A DNA stretch of 64,000 bases, taken from Vicinamibacterales bacterium. Its GTDB lineage: Bacteria; Acidobacteriota; Vicinamibacteria; Vicinamibacterales; UBA823. Both the position numbers and the translations under genes were made by a program. The notes below the pieces were generated by a model. The model was not told the DNA's origin. It saw only the letters and a list, made by a program, of their open reading frames with translations, and searched no databases. Positions 8,193 through 16,522 of this stretch are shown in pieces (positions within the stretch are counted from its first letter, which is position 1; each line of letters begins with the position of its first letter). The stretch lies in the NCBI GenBank assembly GCA_965197385.1, contig CBDANA010000006.1:69013-133012 (forward strand), given 5' to 3'.

Positions 8193-9840
8193 CTGGGCGA
8201 CGGTCATCATGATGGTCGCGTTCGCGTCGCCCGTGTCAGCGCAGACGAACGACGTCGACGACACGGCTACCCGCCCCGCCACGACGACGTTTCTCGGGGA
8301 CACCGGCCTCTGGTTCGTCCCGACGGGCGAGATCCTCCCTGATGGCAAGGTATCCGTCAGCGCCTACCGGGCCAACTTCGATCGCGAGCAGGGCTTCACC
8401 GACATCTCCCACCACGCGCTGACGTTCGGCGTCGGCGTGCGCAATCGTCTCGAGCTCTTCGGCTCGTTCCGGGTCAACATGCGGATCGACCGCGACGTCC
8501 GTCCGCAATTTCGGCCCGACGTGCCAGGTGCCGGTGGCGTCGGCAACGCGACCCCCTTCATGCGCACCGGGTTCAGCAACAGCGTTGGCGACCTGCTGAT
8601 CGGCACGAAGATCAACCTGTCGTCGGAGTACCGCCAGCAGGCGGCCGCGTTCGCGGTGCGAGCAATCGCGCAGCTGCCCACCGGCGACGACGCGGCCGGC
8701 GCGGGAACCGGAAAGGCAAGCTTCTTCGTCGACGCCATCATCAGCAAGCACGTCAACGAGCGCATCGAGGTGTCCGGCTTTGGCGGGTTCGCGGTGCGTG
8801 GTGACCCAGACGGCATCGACCTCTCGAACGGCCTTCGGTGGGGTGTCGGGGCCGGATTTCCTACGTCGAAGACAATCCGGCTGTTCACCGAACTGCACGG
8901 TGAAGCCTTGTTCGACGATGTCACGCTCGACGCGCCGCTCACGGCGGAAGACGGCAGCCTGTCGCCGCTCGTGTCGCCGCTTCGAAGCCCGCTGGACGCG
9001 GCCGTCGGCGTGCTGTGGCAGGGGTCGAACGGCTTCTTCGCGGGTGCCGGCCTGAACGTCGCCCTCCGGCATGGCTCACGCAGCGACTTTGGGCAGAGTT
9101 CGCCGGGCGGCGACCGTCTGGGCCTCCAGGTCAGGCTCGGATTCCACCCCGGTGTACGCGTCTACGTGCCACCGCCGCCGCCACCACCGCCGCCACCGCC
9201 GCCACCGCCGGCTCCGCCGGCGAACCAGCCGCCGACCGTGACGGCGCGCTGTGTCCCCTGCACCGTCAATGTCGGCGAACGTTCGACGGTGAGCGCCCAG
9301 GCGCAGGACCCGGACGGCGATGCCTTGACCTACCGGTGGAGCGCCGCGGCTGGGAGCTTCGCCGACCCGACCGCGTCCGAGACAGCTTGGACGGCACCCG
9401 ACGACGAAGGGCCGGTTCCGGTGACGGTCTCGGTGAGCGACGGCCGAGGCGGCGAGGCCTCGGATTCGGTGACCATCCAGGTGGTCCGGCCGACGCTGCG
9501 CGAGTTCGTGTTCGAGGACGTTCACTTCGACTTCGATCGCTACACGCTCCGCCCGAGCGCCATTCGGGTGCTCGACGAGGCGATCGCAGCGCTGGAGGAA
9601 AGCCCCACGCTGCAGATCGAAATCGCCGGCCACACCTGCAACATCGGCACGGCCGAGTACAACATCGCCCTCGGGGATCGCCGGGCCCAGGCCGTGCGCG
9701 CGTACCTGGTCGACCGCGGCATCGCCGCCGGACGGCTACGGACGGTGAGCTTCGGCGAGGAACAGCCGCAGCACGACAACACGCGTGAAGAAACGCGTCG
9801 GCTGAACCGCCGGGCCGCGATGGTCGTCCGGGTGCAGTAG
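8164..9840 (+). CDS. OmpA-family outer-membrane protein (beta-barrel, poly-Pro linker, Ig/PKD-like module, OmpA C-terminal domain)
   Basis: The C-terminus, FDFDRYTLRPSAIRVLDEAI...IEIAGHTCNIGTAEYNIALGDRRAQAVRAYL...NRRAAMVV, is an OmpA peptidoglycan-binding domain. A GTG at 8164 gives the signal peptide MPRRTFTTSCWATVIMMVAFASPVSA-QT. The track ORF starts at 7960 but runs through the repeat. Confidence 0.8.
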   Translation: MPRRTFTTSCWATVIMMVAFASPVSAQTNDVDDTATRPATTTFLGDTGLWFVPTGEILPDGKVSVSAYRANFDREQGFTDISHHALTFGVGVRNRLELFGSFRVNMRIDRDVRPQFRPDVPGAGGVGNATPFMRTGFSNSVGDLLIGTKINLSSEYRQQAAAFAVRAIAQLPTGDDAAGAGTGKASFFVDAIISKHVNERIEVSGFGGFAVRGDPDGIDLSNGLRWGVGAGFPTSKTIRLFTELHGEALFDDVTLDAPLTAEDGSLSPLVSPLRSPLDAAVGVLWQGSNGFFAGAGLNVALRHGSRSDFGQSSPGGDRLGLQVRLGFHPGVRVYVPPPPPPPPPPPPPPAPPANQPPTVTARCVPCTVNVGERSTVSAQAQDPDGDALTYRWSAAAGSFADPTASETAWTAPDDEGPVPVTVSVSDGRGGEASDSVTIQVVRPTLREFVFEDVHFDFDRYTLRPSAIRVLDEAIAALEESPTLQIEIAGHTCNIGTAEYNIALGDRRAQAVRAYLVDRGIAAGRLRTVSFGEEQPQHDNTREETRRLNRRAAMVVRVQ

Positions 9841-9852
9841 CCGGCTCGGCTG

Positions 9853-10283
9853 TTAGGGAATTCCCGCCATCTCGAGGACGCTACCGACACGGACGTCGTG
9901 CGTCTGCGCGAACCCAGACACCACTTCGACAACGTAGCTGGCCTCCGCGTCAGGCGGGTAGGTTGGACAGGGATCGGATCGGCAGGGCGAAACCGACCTG
10001 GCAATCGACACCACGCGGCCGTCGGTATCGAGCCACAGGATGTCGAGTGGAATCAGCGTGTTCTTCATCCAGAACGGATAGAAGCCATGCGCCTCGAACA
10101 CGAAGACCATGCCCTCGTTGACCGCGAGGGTGTCGCGAAACATGAGGCCGCGTCGGCAATCTCGACACGCACGCGCGTCCCATCAGGGAAGACGACGGTG
10201 CCGCTCGGCGCCGCAGCCTGCTCCATCGAGCTGGCGCCGCCACACGCCGTGAGGAGCGCCAGAACGACCGCAAGCCGTCGCAT
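9853..10283 (-). pseudogene. DUF192 (COG1430) family gene, frameshifted (pseudogene or indel error)
   Basis: The lipoprotein-type N-terminus MRRLAVVLALLTACGG...VVFPDGTRVRVEIAD starts at 10283. The DUF192 core RRGLMFRDTLAVNEGMVFVF...FWMKNTLIPLDILWLD is in a different frame (ORF 9853-10143). The shift lies at about 10150-10157. Confidence 0.7.
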
Positions 10284-10284
10284 G

Positions 10285-11736
10285 TCAGTAGGCCTTGGCG
10301 AAGTATGCCGCTTCGCGGGCCGGCGCGTCACATCGGACACACTGGCCAGTGACGTCGGCGCCGTTCATCGGAAGACTCCGGATCGTCGCCTGGGTGTCGG
10401 CTTTGATCGCCGCCTCGCAGGCAGTCTGCCCGCACCAGGGCGCCATGACAAATCCGGGCCGTCCCTCCATCGCCTGCTTGAACTCGTCGTATGAATCGAT
10501 CCGCGTCGTACCGTCGTCCAGAAACTGGCGAGCGCGATCGAACAGCGCCTGCTGAATCTCGCGCAGCAGCTGGAACACCCGTGCGGCAAGCTGCGCGCGC
10601 GTCACCGGTGTTTTCGCTCGGTTGTCCCGGCGGACTAACATCACTTGTGATTTCTCGATGTCCCTCGGGCCGATTTCCAGGCGCAGCGGAACGCCCCGCA
10701 GCTCCCATTCGGCGAACTTCCAGCCGGGCGTGTAGGCGTCCCTGGCGTCGAGCCTCACCCGCACACCGGCCGCCGTCAACTCGTCGCGAATCGCCTCGGC
10801 CTGCGGCAGCACCGTGGCCTGCCAGTTGCCGCGCGGGATCGGCACGATGACGACCTGATACGGCGCAATGTTGGGCGGCAGGATCAGGCCGGAATCGTCG
10901 CCATGCATCATGATAACGCCGCCGACGAGCCGCATCGACATGCCCCACGATGTCTGCCAGACATGCTGAACCGATTTGTCCCGTGCCTGGAACGTGATGT
11001 CGAATACTTTCGCAAAATTCTGGCCGAGGTGATGTGACGTACCAATCTGCAGGGCTCGAGCGTCGCCCATCAGGGCCTCGAGGGAATAGGTGTGCACGGC
11101 CCCTGCGAACTTCTCACTCTCGCTCTTGCGCCCTTCAATCACCGGCATGGCGAGCTCACGCTCGGCGAAGTCCTTGTAGACGCCGAGCATCCGCAGCGCC
11201 TCCTCCTCCGCCTCGGCTTCGGTCTCGTGCGCGGTGTGCCCCTCCTGCCACAGAAACTCGGTCGTGCGTAGGAACGGGCGCGTGACCTTCTCCCACCGGA
11301 CAACATTCGCCCACTGATTCAGGAGCAGCGGCAGATCGCGCCAGGACTGAATCCACTTGGCGTACATCACGCCGATGATCGCTTCGGACGTCGGCCGGAC
11401 GACCAGACGCTCCTTGAGCTCCTCTGCCCCGCCCTGCGTCACCCAGGCCACCTGCGGCGCAAACCCCTCGACATGGGCCGCCTCCTGGCGCAACAAATTC
11501 TCAGGGATAAACAGCGGAAAGTACGCGTTGACGTGGCCGGTGGCCTTGAACCGGTTGTCGAGCGCTTGCTGTATCAGTTCCCAGATCGCATATCCGTACG
11601 GCCGGATGACCATGCATCCCTTGACGGGCGAGTAGTCCGCGAGCTCGGCCCGACGTACCACGTCGAGATACCATTGGGAAAAGTCCTCCGACCGCGGTGT
11701 GATTTCCGTGACGAATGCGCCCTTCTTGTCCGACAT
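10285..11736 (-). CDS. proS: Prolyl-tRNA synthetase (archaeal/eukaryote-like type, 483 aa)
   Basis: MSDKKGAFVTEITPRSEDFSQWYLDVVRRAELADYSPVKGCMVIRPYGYAIWE plus class II motifs. It ends ...AAYFAKAY. Confidence 0.9.
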   Translation of the reverse strand: MSDKKGAFVTEITPRSEDFSQWYLDVVRRAELADYSPVKGCMVIRPYGYAIWELIQQALDNRFKATGHVNAYFPLFIPENLLRQEAAHVEGFAPQVAWVTQGGAEELKERLVVRPTSEAIIGVMYAKWIQSWRDLPLLLNQWANVVRWEKVTRPFLRTTEFLWQEGHTAHETEAEAEEEALRMLGVYKDFAERELAMPVIEGRKSESEKFAGAVHTYSLEALMGDARALQIGTSHHLGQNFAKVFDITFQARDKSVQHVWQTSWGMSMRLVGGVIMMHGDDSGLILPPNIAPYQVVIVPIPRGNWQATVLPQAEAIRDELTAAGVRVRLDARDAYTPGWKFAEWELRGVPLRLEIGPRDIEKSQVMLVRRDNRAKTPVTRAQLAARVFQLLREIQQALFDRARQFLDDGTTRIDSYDEFKQAMEGRPGFVMAPWCGQTACEAAIKADTQATIRSLPMNGADVTGQCVRCDAPAREAAYFAKAY

Positions 11737-11759
11737 CGATCCGCCGCCTCGCTCTCTTG

Positions 11760-11780
11760 TGACTGATGACTGATGACTCG
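11760..11780 (+). repeat. Triple heptamer tandem repeat TGACTGA TGACTGA TGACTCG
   Basis: Read directly from the sequence. It lies in the divergent proS/aroB spacer. Confidence 0.9.
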
Positions 11781-11841
11781 AAATCGCGTCATTCCTGCTA
11801 TCCTACCATCCTGATTCACGGTCCACGCGAATGCCCCCGCC

Positions 11842-12927
11842 ATGAAGCCAACTCGCATCGATGTCGTGGCCGGCGCGCGGGCCTATCAAGTGCAGATCGG
11901 CAGCGGTCTGCTGTCGCGTCTCGACGCGCTCGTCCGAGACGCGGTGCCCGCTGGACGTCGCTTCATCGTATCGAACCCAACGGTGTGGCGCACTCACGGA
12001 CCGGCCATCACCACGGCCCTGCCAGGGGCCGAGCCGATCCTGATTCCGGACGGCGAGCGCTTCAAGACCGTGCAGACCGTCAGCAAGATCTACGAGGCAC
12101 TGATCAGGGCGGGAGCCGATCGGCAGACCACACTGGTCGCCATCGGCGGGGGCGTCGTCGGCGACGTTGCCGGATTCGCCGCGGCCACCTTTCTTCGCGG
12201 CGTCGCGATCGTGCACGTGCCAACCACGCTTCTCGGGCAGGTGGATAGCGCTATCGGCGGCAAGGTCGGCGTGAACCACGCGCTCGGCAAGAACCTGATC
12301 GGAGCCTTTTATCCGCCGGCCGCGGTCATCGTCGACCCGGAGCTTCTGAATACGCTGCCACGCCGGGAATTTCGCGCTGGACTCTACGAAGTCGTGAAGT
12401 ACGGCATGATCGCCAGCCGCGATCTCTTCGATCGCGTGGCGCGTCACCTTCCCGATCTCTTCTCTCGCTCGACGCGGGCGTTACGGCCGGTCATCGCCGA
12501 ATGCTGCCGGATCAAGGCCTCGGTCGTCCAGGCCGACGAGCGCGAGACCGGCCCTCGGCGCACACTGAATTTCGGCCATACGGTCGGCCATGCGCTCGAG
12601 GCGGTGACGAAGTACCGGAGGTTTCGACATGGAGAGGCGGTCGGCTATGGCATGCTGGCCGCCGCCGACATCGCCGAGCGGCGACACGTGCTGGCGTCAG
12701 CGGACCGAACGACGCTGGCGGACCTGATTGCCCACATGGGCCCACTGCCCTCGGTGACGGACCTGTCGTCGAAGCAGGTCATCGAGGCAATCACGCGGGA
12801 CAAGAAGGTCGTGGCCGGTACGCTGCACGTCGTCCTGCCTTCGGCGATCGGCAGGACGACGATCGTCGACGACGTGACGACCCGCCAACTCGACCTGGCG
12901 CTCACGCGGCTCGGCCTCCGGACCTAA
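11842..12927 (+). CDS. aroB: 3-dehydroquinate synthase
   Basis: 361-aa ORF with GGGVVGDVAGFAAATFLRGV...VPTTLLGQVDSAIGGKVGVNH and HGEAVGYGM metal-binding motifs. Confidence 0.9.
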   Translation: MKPTRIDVVAGARAYQVQIGSGLLSRLDALVRDAVPAGRRFIVSNPTVWRTHGPAITTALPGAEPILIPDGERFKTVQTVSKIYEALIRAGADRQTTLVAIGGGVVGDVAGFAAATFLRGVAIVHVPTTLLGQVDSAIGGKVGVNHALGKNLIGAFYPPAAVIVDPELLNTLPRREFRAGLYEVVKYGMIASRDLFDRVARHLPDLFSRSTRALRPVIAECCRIKASVVQADERETGPRRTLNFGHTVGHALEAVTKYRRFRHGEAVGYGMLAAADIAERRHVLASADRTTLADLIAHMGPLPSVTDLSSKQVIEAITRDKKVVAGTLHVVLPSAIGRTTIVDDVTTRQLDLALTRLGLRT

Positions 12928-13093
12928 CCTAACCCCAGAACTCACTTGTGTTGCCACGTCTGGCTTGTTCTGCCCGGCGAGGGCGGCGTTGCTCCTCAGT
13001 CATTTGGGCCCACCAAACTCCTTCGTCGCGCCTTGCCCCCACCGTTCAGCCCGGTGCCAGCCATTGTCAACACAAGTGAGTTCTGAGGTTAGG
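12928..13093 (+). repeat. SIR copy F (divergent outer stem, same core)
   Basis: 26-bp terminal inverted repeat CCTAACCCCAGAACTCACTTGTGTTG (12928-12953) / CAACACAAGTGAGTTCTGAGGTTAGG (13068-13093), with one mismatch. The core shares GGCGTTGC, TTCGTCGCGCCTTGCC, GTTCAGC and GGTGCCA with copies C, D and E. It fills the convergent aroB/regulator gap. Confidence 0.75.
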
Positions 13094-13104
13094 CGGATTT
13101 CGGA

Positions 13105-14512
13105 TCAGCCTGATCCGCCCGCCTCGTCGATGCCGTACTCCTTTATCTTTCATCTTTCCGGACAACGTCTTCGGCGCGGCCCGCAAGAATGCCGCCGCAC
13201 GGGGCTGACTTCCGCCGGTTTCCCGCAACGCCTGGACAATTTTCCGCCGTTCGACTTCCGCCGTGACCCGTCGGCCAGCGTGCCGGACAGATCGACCTGG
13301 TCCCAGGCGCTCGCCCCACCGTCCGCGGCGGCCGGCCGCACGAACGAGAGGTTCAGGTGTTGCGGCAAGATCGTGCCGCCGTCGGTGAGAATGACGGCCC
13401 GCTCGATGCAATTCTGGAGCTCGCGCACATTGCCGGGCCACTGGTACGCCTGGAGCGCCGCCTCGGCCGCGGGCGAGAACGTTAACCGGGGTTTCCGCCG
13501 GTCGGTGCAGTAGCGCTCGATGAAATAGCGCGCGAGCAGCGGAATGTCGCTCAGCCGTTCGCGCAGCGGCGGAATCGTAACCGGAAACACGGAGAGGCGG
13601 AAGTACAAATCCTCGCGGAATTGGCTGGCTGCGACGCGCGCGCAGATTCTTGTTCGTCGCCGCCACCAGCCGTACGTCCACCCGGCGAAGCGTCGTTCCG
13701 CCAACGCGCTCGAAACACCGCTCCTCGAGCGCCCGTAAAATCTTTGCCTGCAGTCCCAACGGTAAGTCGCCAATCTCGTCGAGGAACAGCGTGCCTCGAT
13801 CGGCTATCTCGAACTTGCCGAGCTTGCGCCCGACAGCGCCAGTGAATGCCCCCTTCTCGTAGCCGAACAACTCGGACTCCAGCAGCGTGTCGGGAATGGC
13901 CGCACAGTTGATCGCCACGAATGGCCGCTCGATCCGTTCGCTCAGCGCGTGGAGCGCTCGGGCGAACAGCTCCTTGCCGGTGCCACTTTCGCCCTCGAGC
14001 AGCACGGTCGTGCCGGTGCCGGCCACCCGCTGAATCGTCGACAAGACCGCCGTCAGTGTCGGGTCGTCACCGATGATCCGCGGCATGCCGTGCCGGGCCG
14101 CCAGTTCTTCTTTCAGCGCGACGTTCTCGGTCACCAGGCGACGCTGCTCGATCGCACGCGACACCAGCAGGCGCAGGTGCTCCAGGTCGACCGGCTTGGC
14201 CAGGAAGTCGAGCGCGCCTTCCTTCATCGCCTTGACGGCATCCTCAATGCTGCCGTAGGCCGTCATGACGATGACCGGTGTGTCGACATCCTGTTCCTTC
14301 ACCGCCCGCAGCACGCCGAATCCATCGCCTTGCGGTAGGCGCAGATCGGACAGCACGACAGTCGGCCGCGTCTCGGCCAACTGCCGCCTGGCCTCCGCTT
14401 CGTCACGCGCTTCGACCACGGCATGACCGTAGCCCCCGAGCGCGTGGCGCAGCATCGTGCGCAGCGAATCTTTGTCTTTGACGATTAGGACTTGTGTGGA
14501 GGGAATGGCCAC
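13105..14512 (-). pseudogene. Sigma54-dependent response regulator (NtrC/PilR-like: REC, AAA+, Fis-type HTH) with three frame-disrupting lesions
   Basis: The REC domain ([12 protein letters not shown]) and AAA+ domain ([29 protein letters not shown]) are in one frame. [23 protein letters not shown]...[10 protein letters not shown] is in a second frame (ORF 13150-13773). [15 protein letters not shown] returns to the first frame, and [14 protein letters not shown]-stop (13105-13107) is shifted again. The lesions are at 13635-13643 (CG run), 13266-13268 (CCC run) and a 7-bp tandem duplication at 13145-13158. Confidence 0.85.
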
Positions 14513-14531
14513 GGCGTCGCTGGAGGTTTAA

Positions 14532-14712
14532 CAGCCCGTGGTGAAAGTCCTGCTGCATTCGACCGCCGATGCATCCCGCCATGGGCGGCGCCGGGCATTG
14601 TCCACGATGGGTCACATACTCCCGGTATGCTCCCTCCTCGCGCCTACCTCGGGGCGAGCGCGGCTTTGGTCAGCGGGGTCTCGGTGCCACGCTGGACTTT
14701 CGCTACGGGCTG
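14532..14712 (+). repeat. SIR copy A, forward orientation
   Basis: Terminal inverted repeat CAGCCCGTGGTGAAAGTCC / GGACTTTCGCTACGGGCTG. The core is near-identical to the reverse complement of copy B. It overlaps the last about 23 codons of the upstream ORF and ends 20 nt from the regulator start. Confidence 0.85.
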
Positions 14713-15333
14713 TTGACGCGTCCGTGTCGACGAACGGCGCGCCGACCGATACCGCAACCAGCCGGGTGGCACGCCGGCGCGGCGAGCTTCTTCCTCGATG
14801 TCGGCGATGGCCTGGGTCTGCCAGTTGATCTCCCGCTGGACCCGCTCCATCTCGGCCATCGCGTCGCGCCGCAGCGCAGCGATTTCCTCGCGTTGGTACG
14901 GGTCGTCGCGCGCCGTGAAATCGGCCCAGAGACCGTCGACCCGATTCTGCAACGCCTCCAGAAACAGCTCATTGCGGGACAGTGCCTCGCGCGCGGCCGT
15001 GATGCGCGCACGCCAGAACTCTTCATCCTGGGGTGGCTCCTCCGGCTCTGCATCTTCACCGGGTGCCCCGGATGTGCCGGCCACCGCGCCAGGCACCGTC
15101 TCCGCCTCGATTCCGGCAGGGATCGGCGGCACGGTCGTCGTCAAGTTGCCGCTGCCGCGCAGATCGGCATTGGTATACACCTTCGACGGCGTCTCGACCG
15201 CCTGGCGGCGGACCTCATCCCGACGCGCAATCTCGGCCAGCGACTGTGCGGACGCCGATGACGCTGATGGCGCGACCATCAGGCCACATAGCGCGACGGC
15301 GAACAGGCGGACGATCGACCAGCCACTCATCAT
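14644..15333 (-). CDS. Hypothetical secreted protein with a coiled-coil C-terminal half
   Basis: Signal peptide MMSGWSIVRLFAVALCGLMVAPSASSASAQS starting at 15333. I recognise no family. The C-terminal tail is encoded by SIR copy A. Confidence 0.55.
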   Translation of the reverse strand: MMSGWSIVRLFAVALCGLMVAPSASSASAQSLAEIARRDEVRRQAVETPSKVYTNADLRGSGNLTTTVPPIPAGIEAETVPGAVAGTSGAPGEDAEPEEPPQDEEFWRARITAAREALSRNELFLEALQNRVDGLWADFTARDDPYQREEIAALRRDAMAEMERVQREINWQTQAIADIEEEARRAGVPPGWLRYRSARRSSTRTRQQPVAKVQRGTETPLTKAALAPR

Positions 15334-15398
15334 TTCATCAAGCACTCCAGCGCAGGCGAACCACGGTGCCTTCATGTAAGTATAACAGAACAAGTCGT

Positions 15399-16095
15399 TT
15401 ACGCGCCACCTTGAGGACCTGCCGCCACACCGGTCGTCAATACCAAGATCTTCGCCGCCACCTGCGTCGCGTTTGGCGCCTGGGGCACCAGGTCGAGATA
15501 GCGCCCGTACGCCGCGGCCGCCTCCGCCCGGCGCGCCAACCGCTCATAGCTGATCCCGAGCGCGAAATGGAACGTCGGCTCGTTCGGCGCCAGCGCGATC
15601 GCACGGTCGTACTCGACGATGGCCGCCACCTCGTCCCCCTGCTTGTGCAGCGCGCTGCTGAGGTTGTAGAGCGTCACGTAGTCGTCAGGAAAGAGCTCTG
15701 ATGCCACGCGGTAATCGGCCGCTGCCTGCGTCCAAGTTCCCCATCCGGCCGTGCGCGAAGGCCAGGTTGAACCGATACGTCCAGCGCTGCTGGTTCAGCG
15801 CGATGGCCCGCTCGAAGTGCGGGAGCGCGTCGGCCTCGCGCTCGGCGCGCACCAGCACCTGTCCAAGATTGCTGTGCGACTCCGCGTCGCTCGGATCGGC
15901 CTCGATCGCAGCCTGATAATGCGCGAGCGCCGCCGCGTAGTCGCCCGCCGCGTAGGCAAAATTGCCGGCTCGGTCGGCGTCGATGAACGGCGGCGCGTCC
16001 AACCCGGCCGCTGGCGCCGTGGGCGCTGAATCGGTCGGCGCCCCGGGCGCGACCGCCGCAACGGGGGCGTCGCAACCGCCACTGGGATTCTTCAA
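15399..16095 (-). pseudogene. TPR-repeat protein (PilF/Tgl-like?), frameshifted
   Basis: TPR repeats occur in two frames. ORF 15685-16095 reads ...GDYAAALAHYQAAIEADPSDAESHSNLGQVL...GRMGNLDA. ORF 15399-15707 reads ADYRVASELFPDDYVTLYNLSSALHKQGDEVAAIVEYDRAIALAP.... One extra nucleotide sits at about 15726. The N-terminus has a lipobox-like SGGC but no signal peptide. Confidence 0.7.
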
Positions 16096-16501
16096 TCGCG
16101 CTGACCAGCGCCGGTGCGATCGGGCTCAGCAGGTCGCGGAACGTGCCGTCGAGCGCCGCATCTGACAGGCCGCGCATGCGTCGGCCGGCCGGATTCAGAA
16201 TTCTGACCTCCGCGTCGAGGCCGACGACGAGGAGACCGGAGGTCATGCTGGCAATGATCTCCGCCGACAGCCGCTCGGACGCATCCGCCCGCGTCGCGCT
16301 GGCCCGCTCTTGCTCCTTGAGCGTGGTCACCGCGCCCTGGAGGGCCGTGGTCAGGAACGCGTGTTCCGCGCCGCCGTCACTCATCCGGCGTCAGGCCTGG
16401 CGCGCCGCGGCGTCGAACCGCAACACGGCAAAGACCAGGACGGCGATCAGGCCGCCGACGACGGCGGTCAGGCCTATCAGGAGGTATCCGGACTGCGTCA
16501 T
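16096..16501 (-). pseudogene. Sensor histidine kinase remnant (TM helix, in-frame TGA, coiled coil, partial PAS; no HisKA/HATPase)
   Basis: MTQSGYLLIGLTAVVGGLIAVLVFAVLRFDAAARQA, then TGA (16391-16393), then in the same frame RRMSDGGAEHAFLTTALQGAVTTLKEQERAS...SAEIIASMTSGLLVVGLDAEVRILNPAGRRMRGLSDAALDGTFRDLL. After about 16095 this frame becomes Arg-rich nonsense. Confidence 0.6.
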
Positions 16502-16522
16502 GGCGATTCCGAGGGCGTACGA

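Noticed and set aside
16391-16393. The in-frame TGA in the kinase stump as a possible selenocysteine or read-through codon.
   Set aside because: There is no SECIS-like hairpin immediately downstream, the position is a linker not expected to hold a catalytic residue, and the gene is otherwise truncated.
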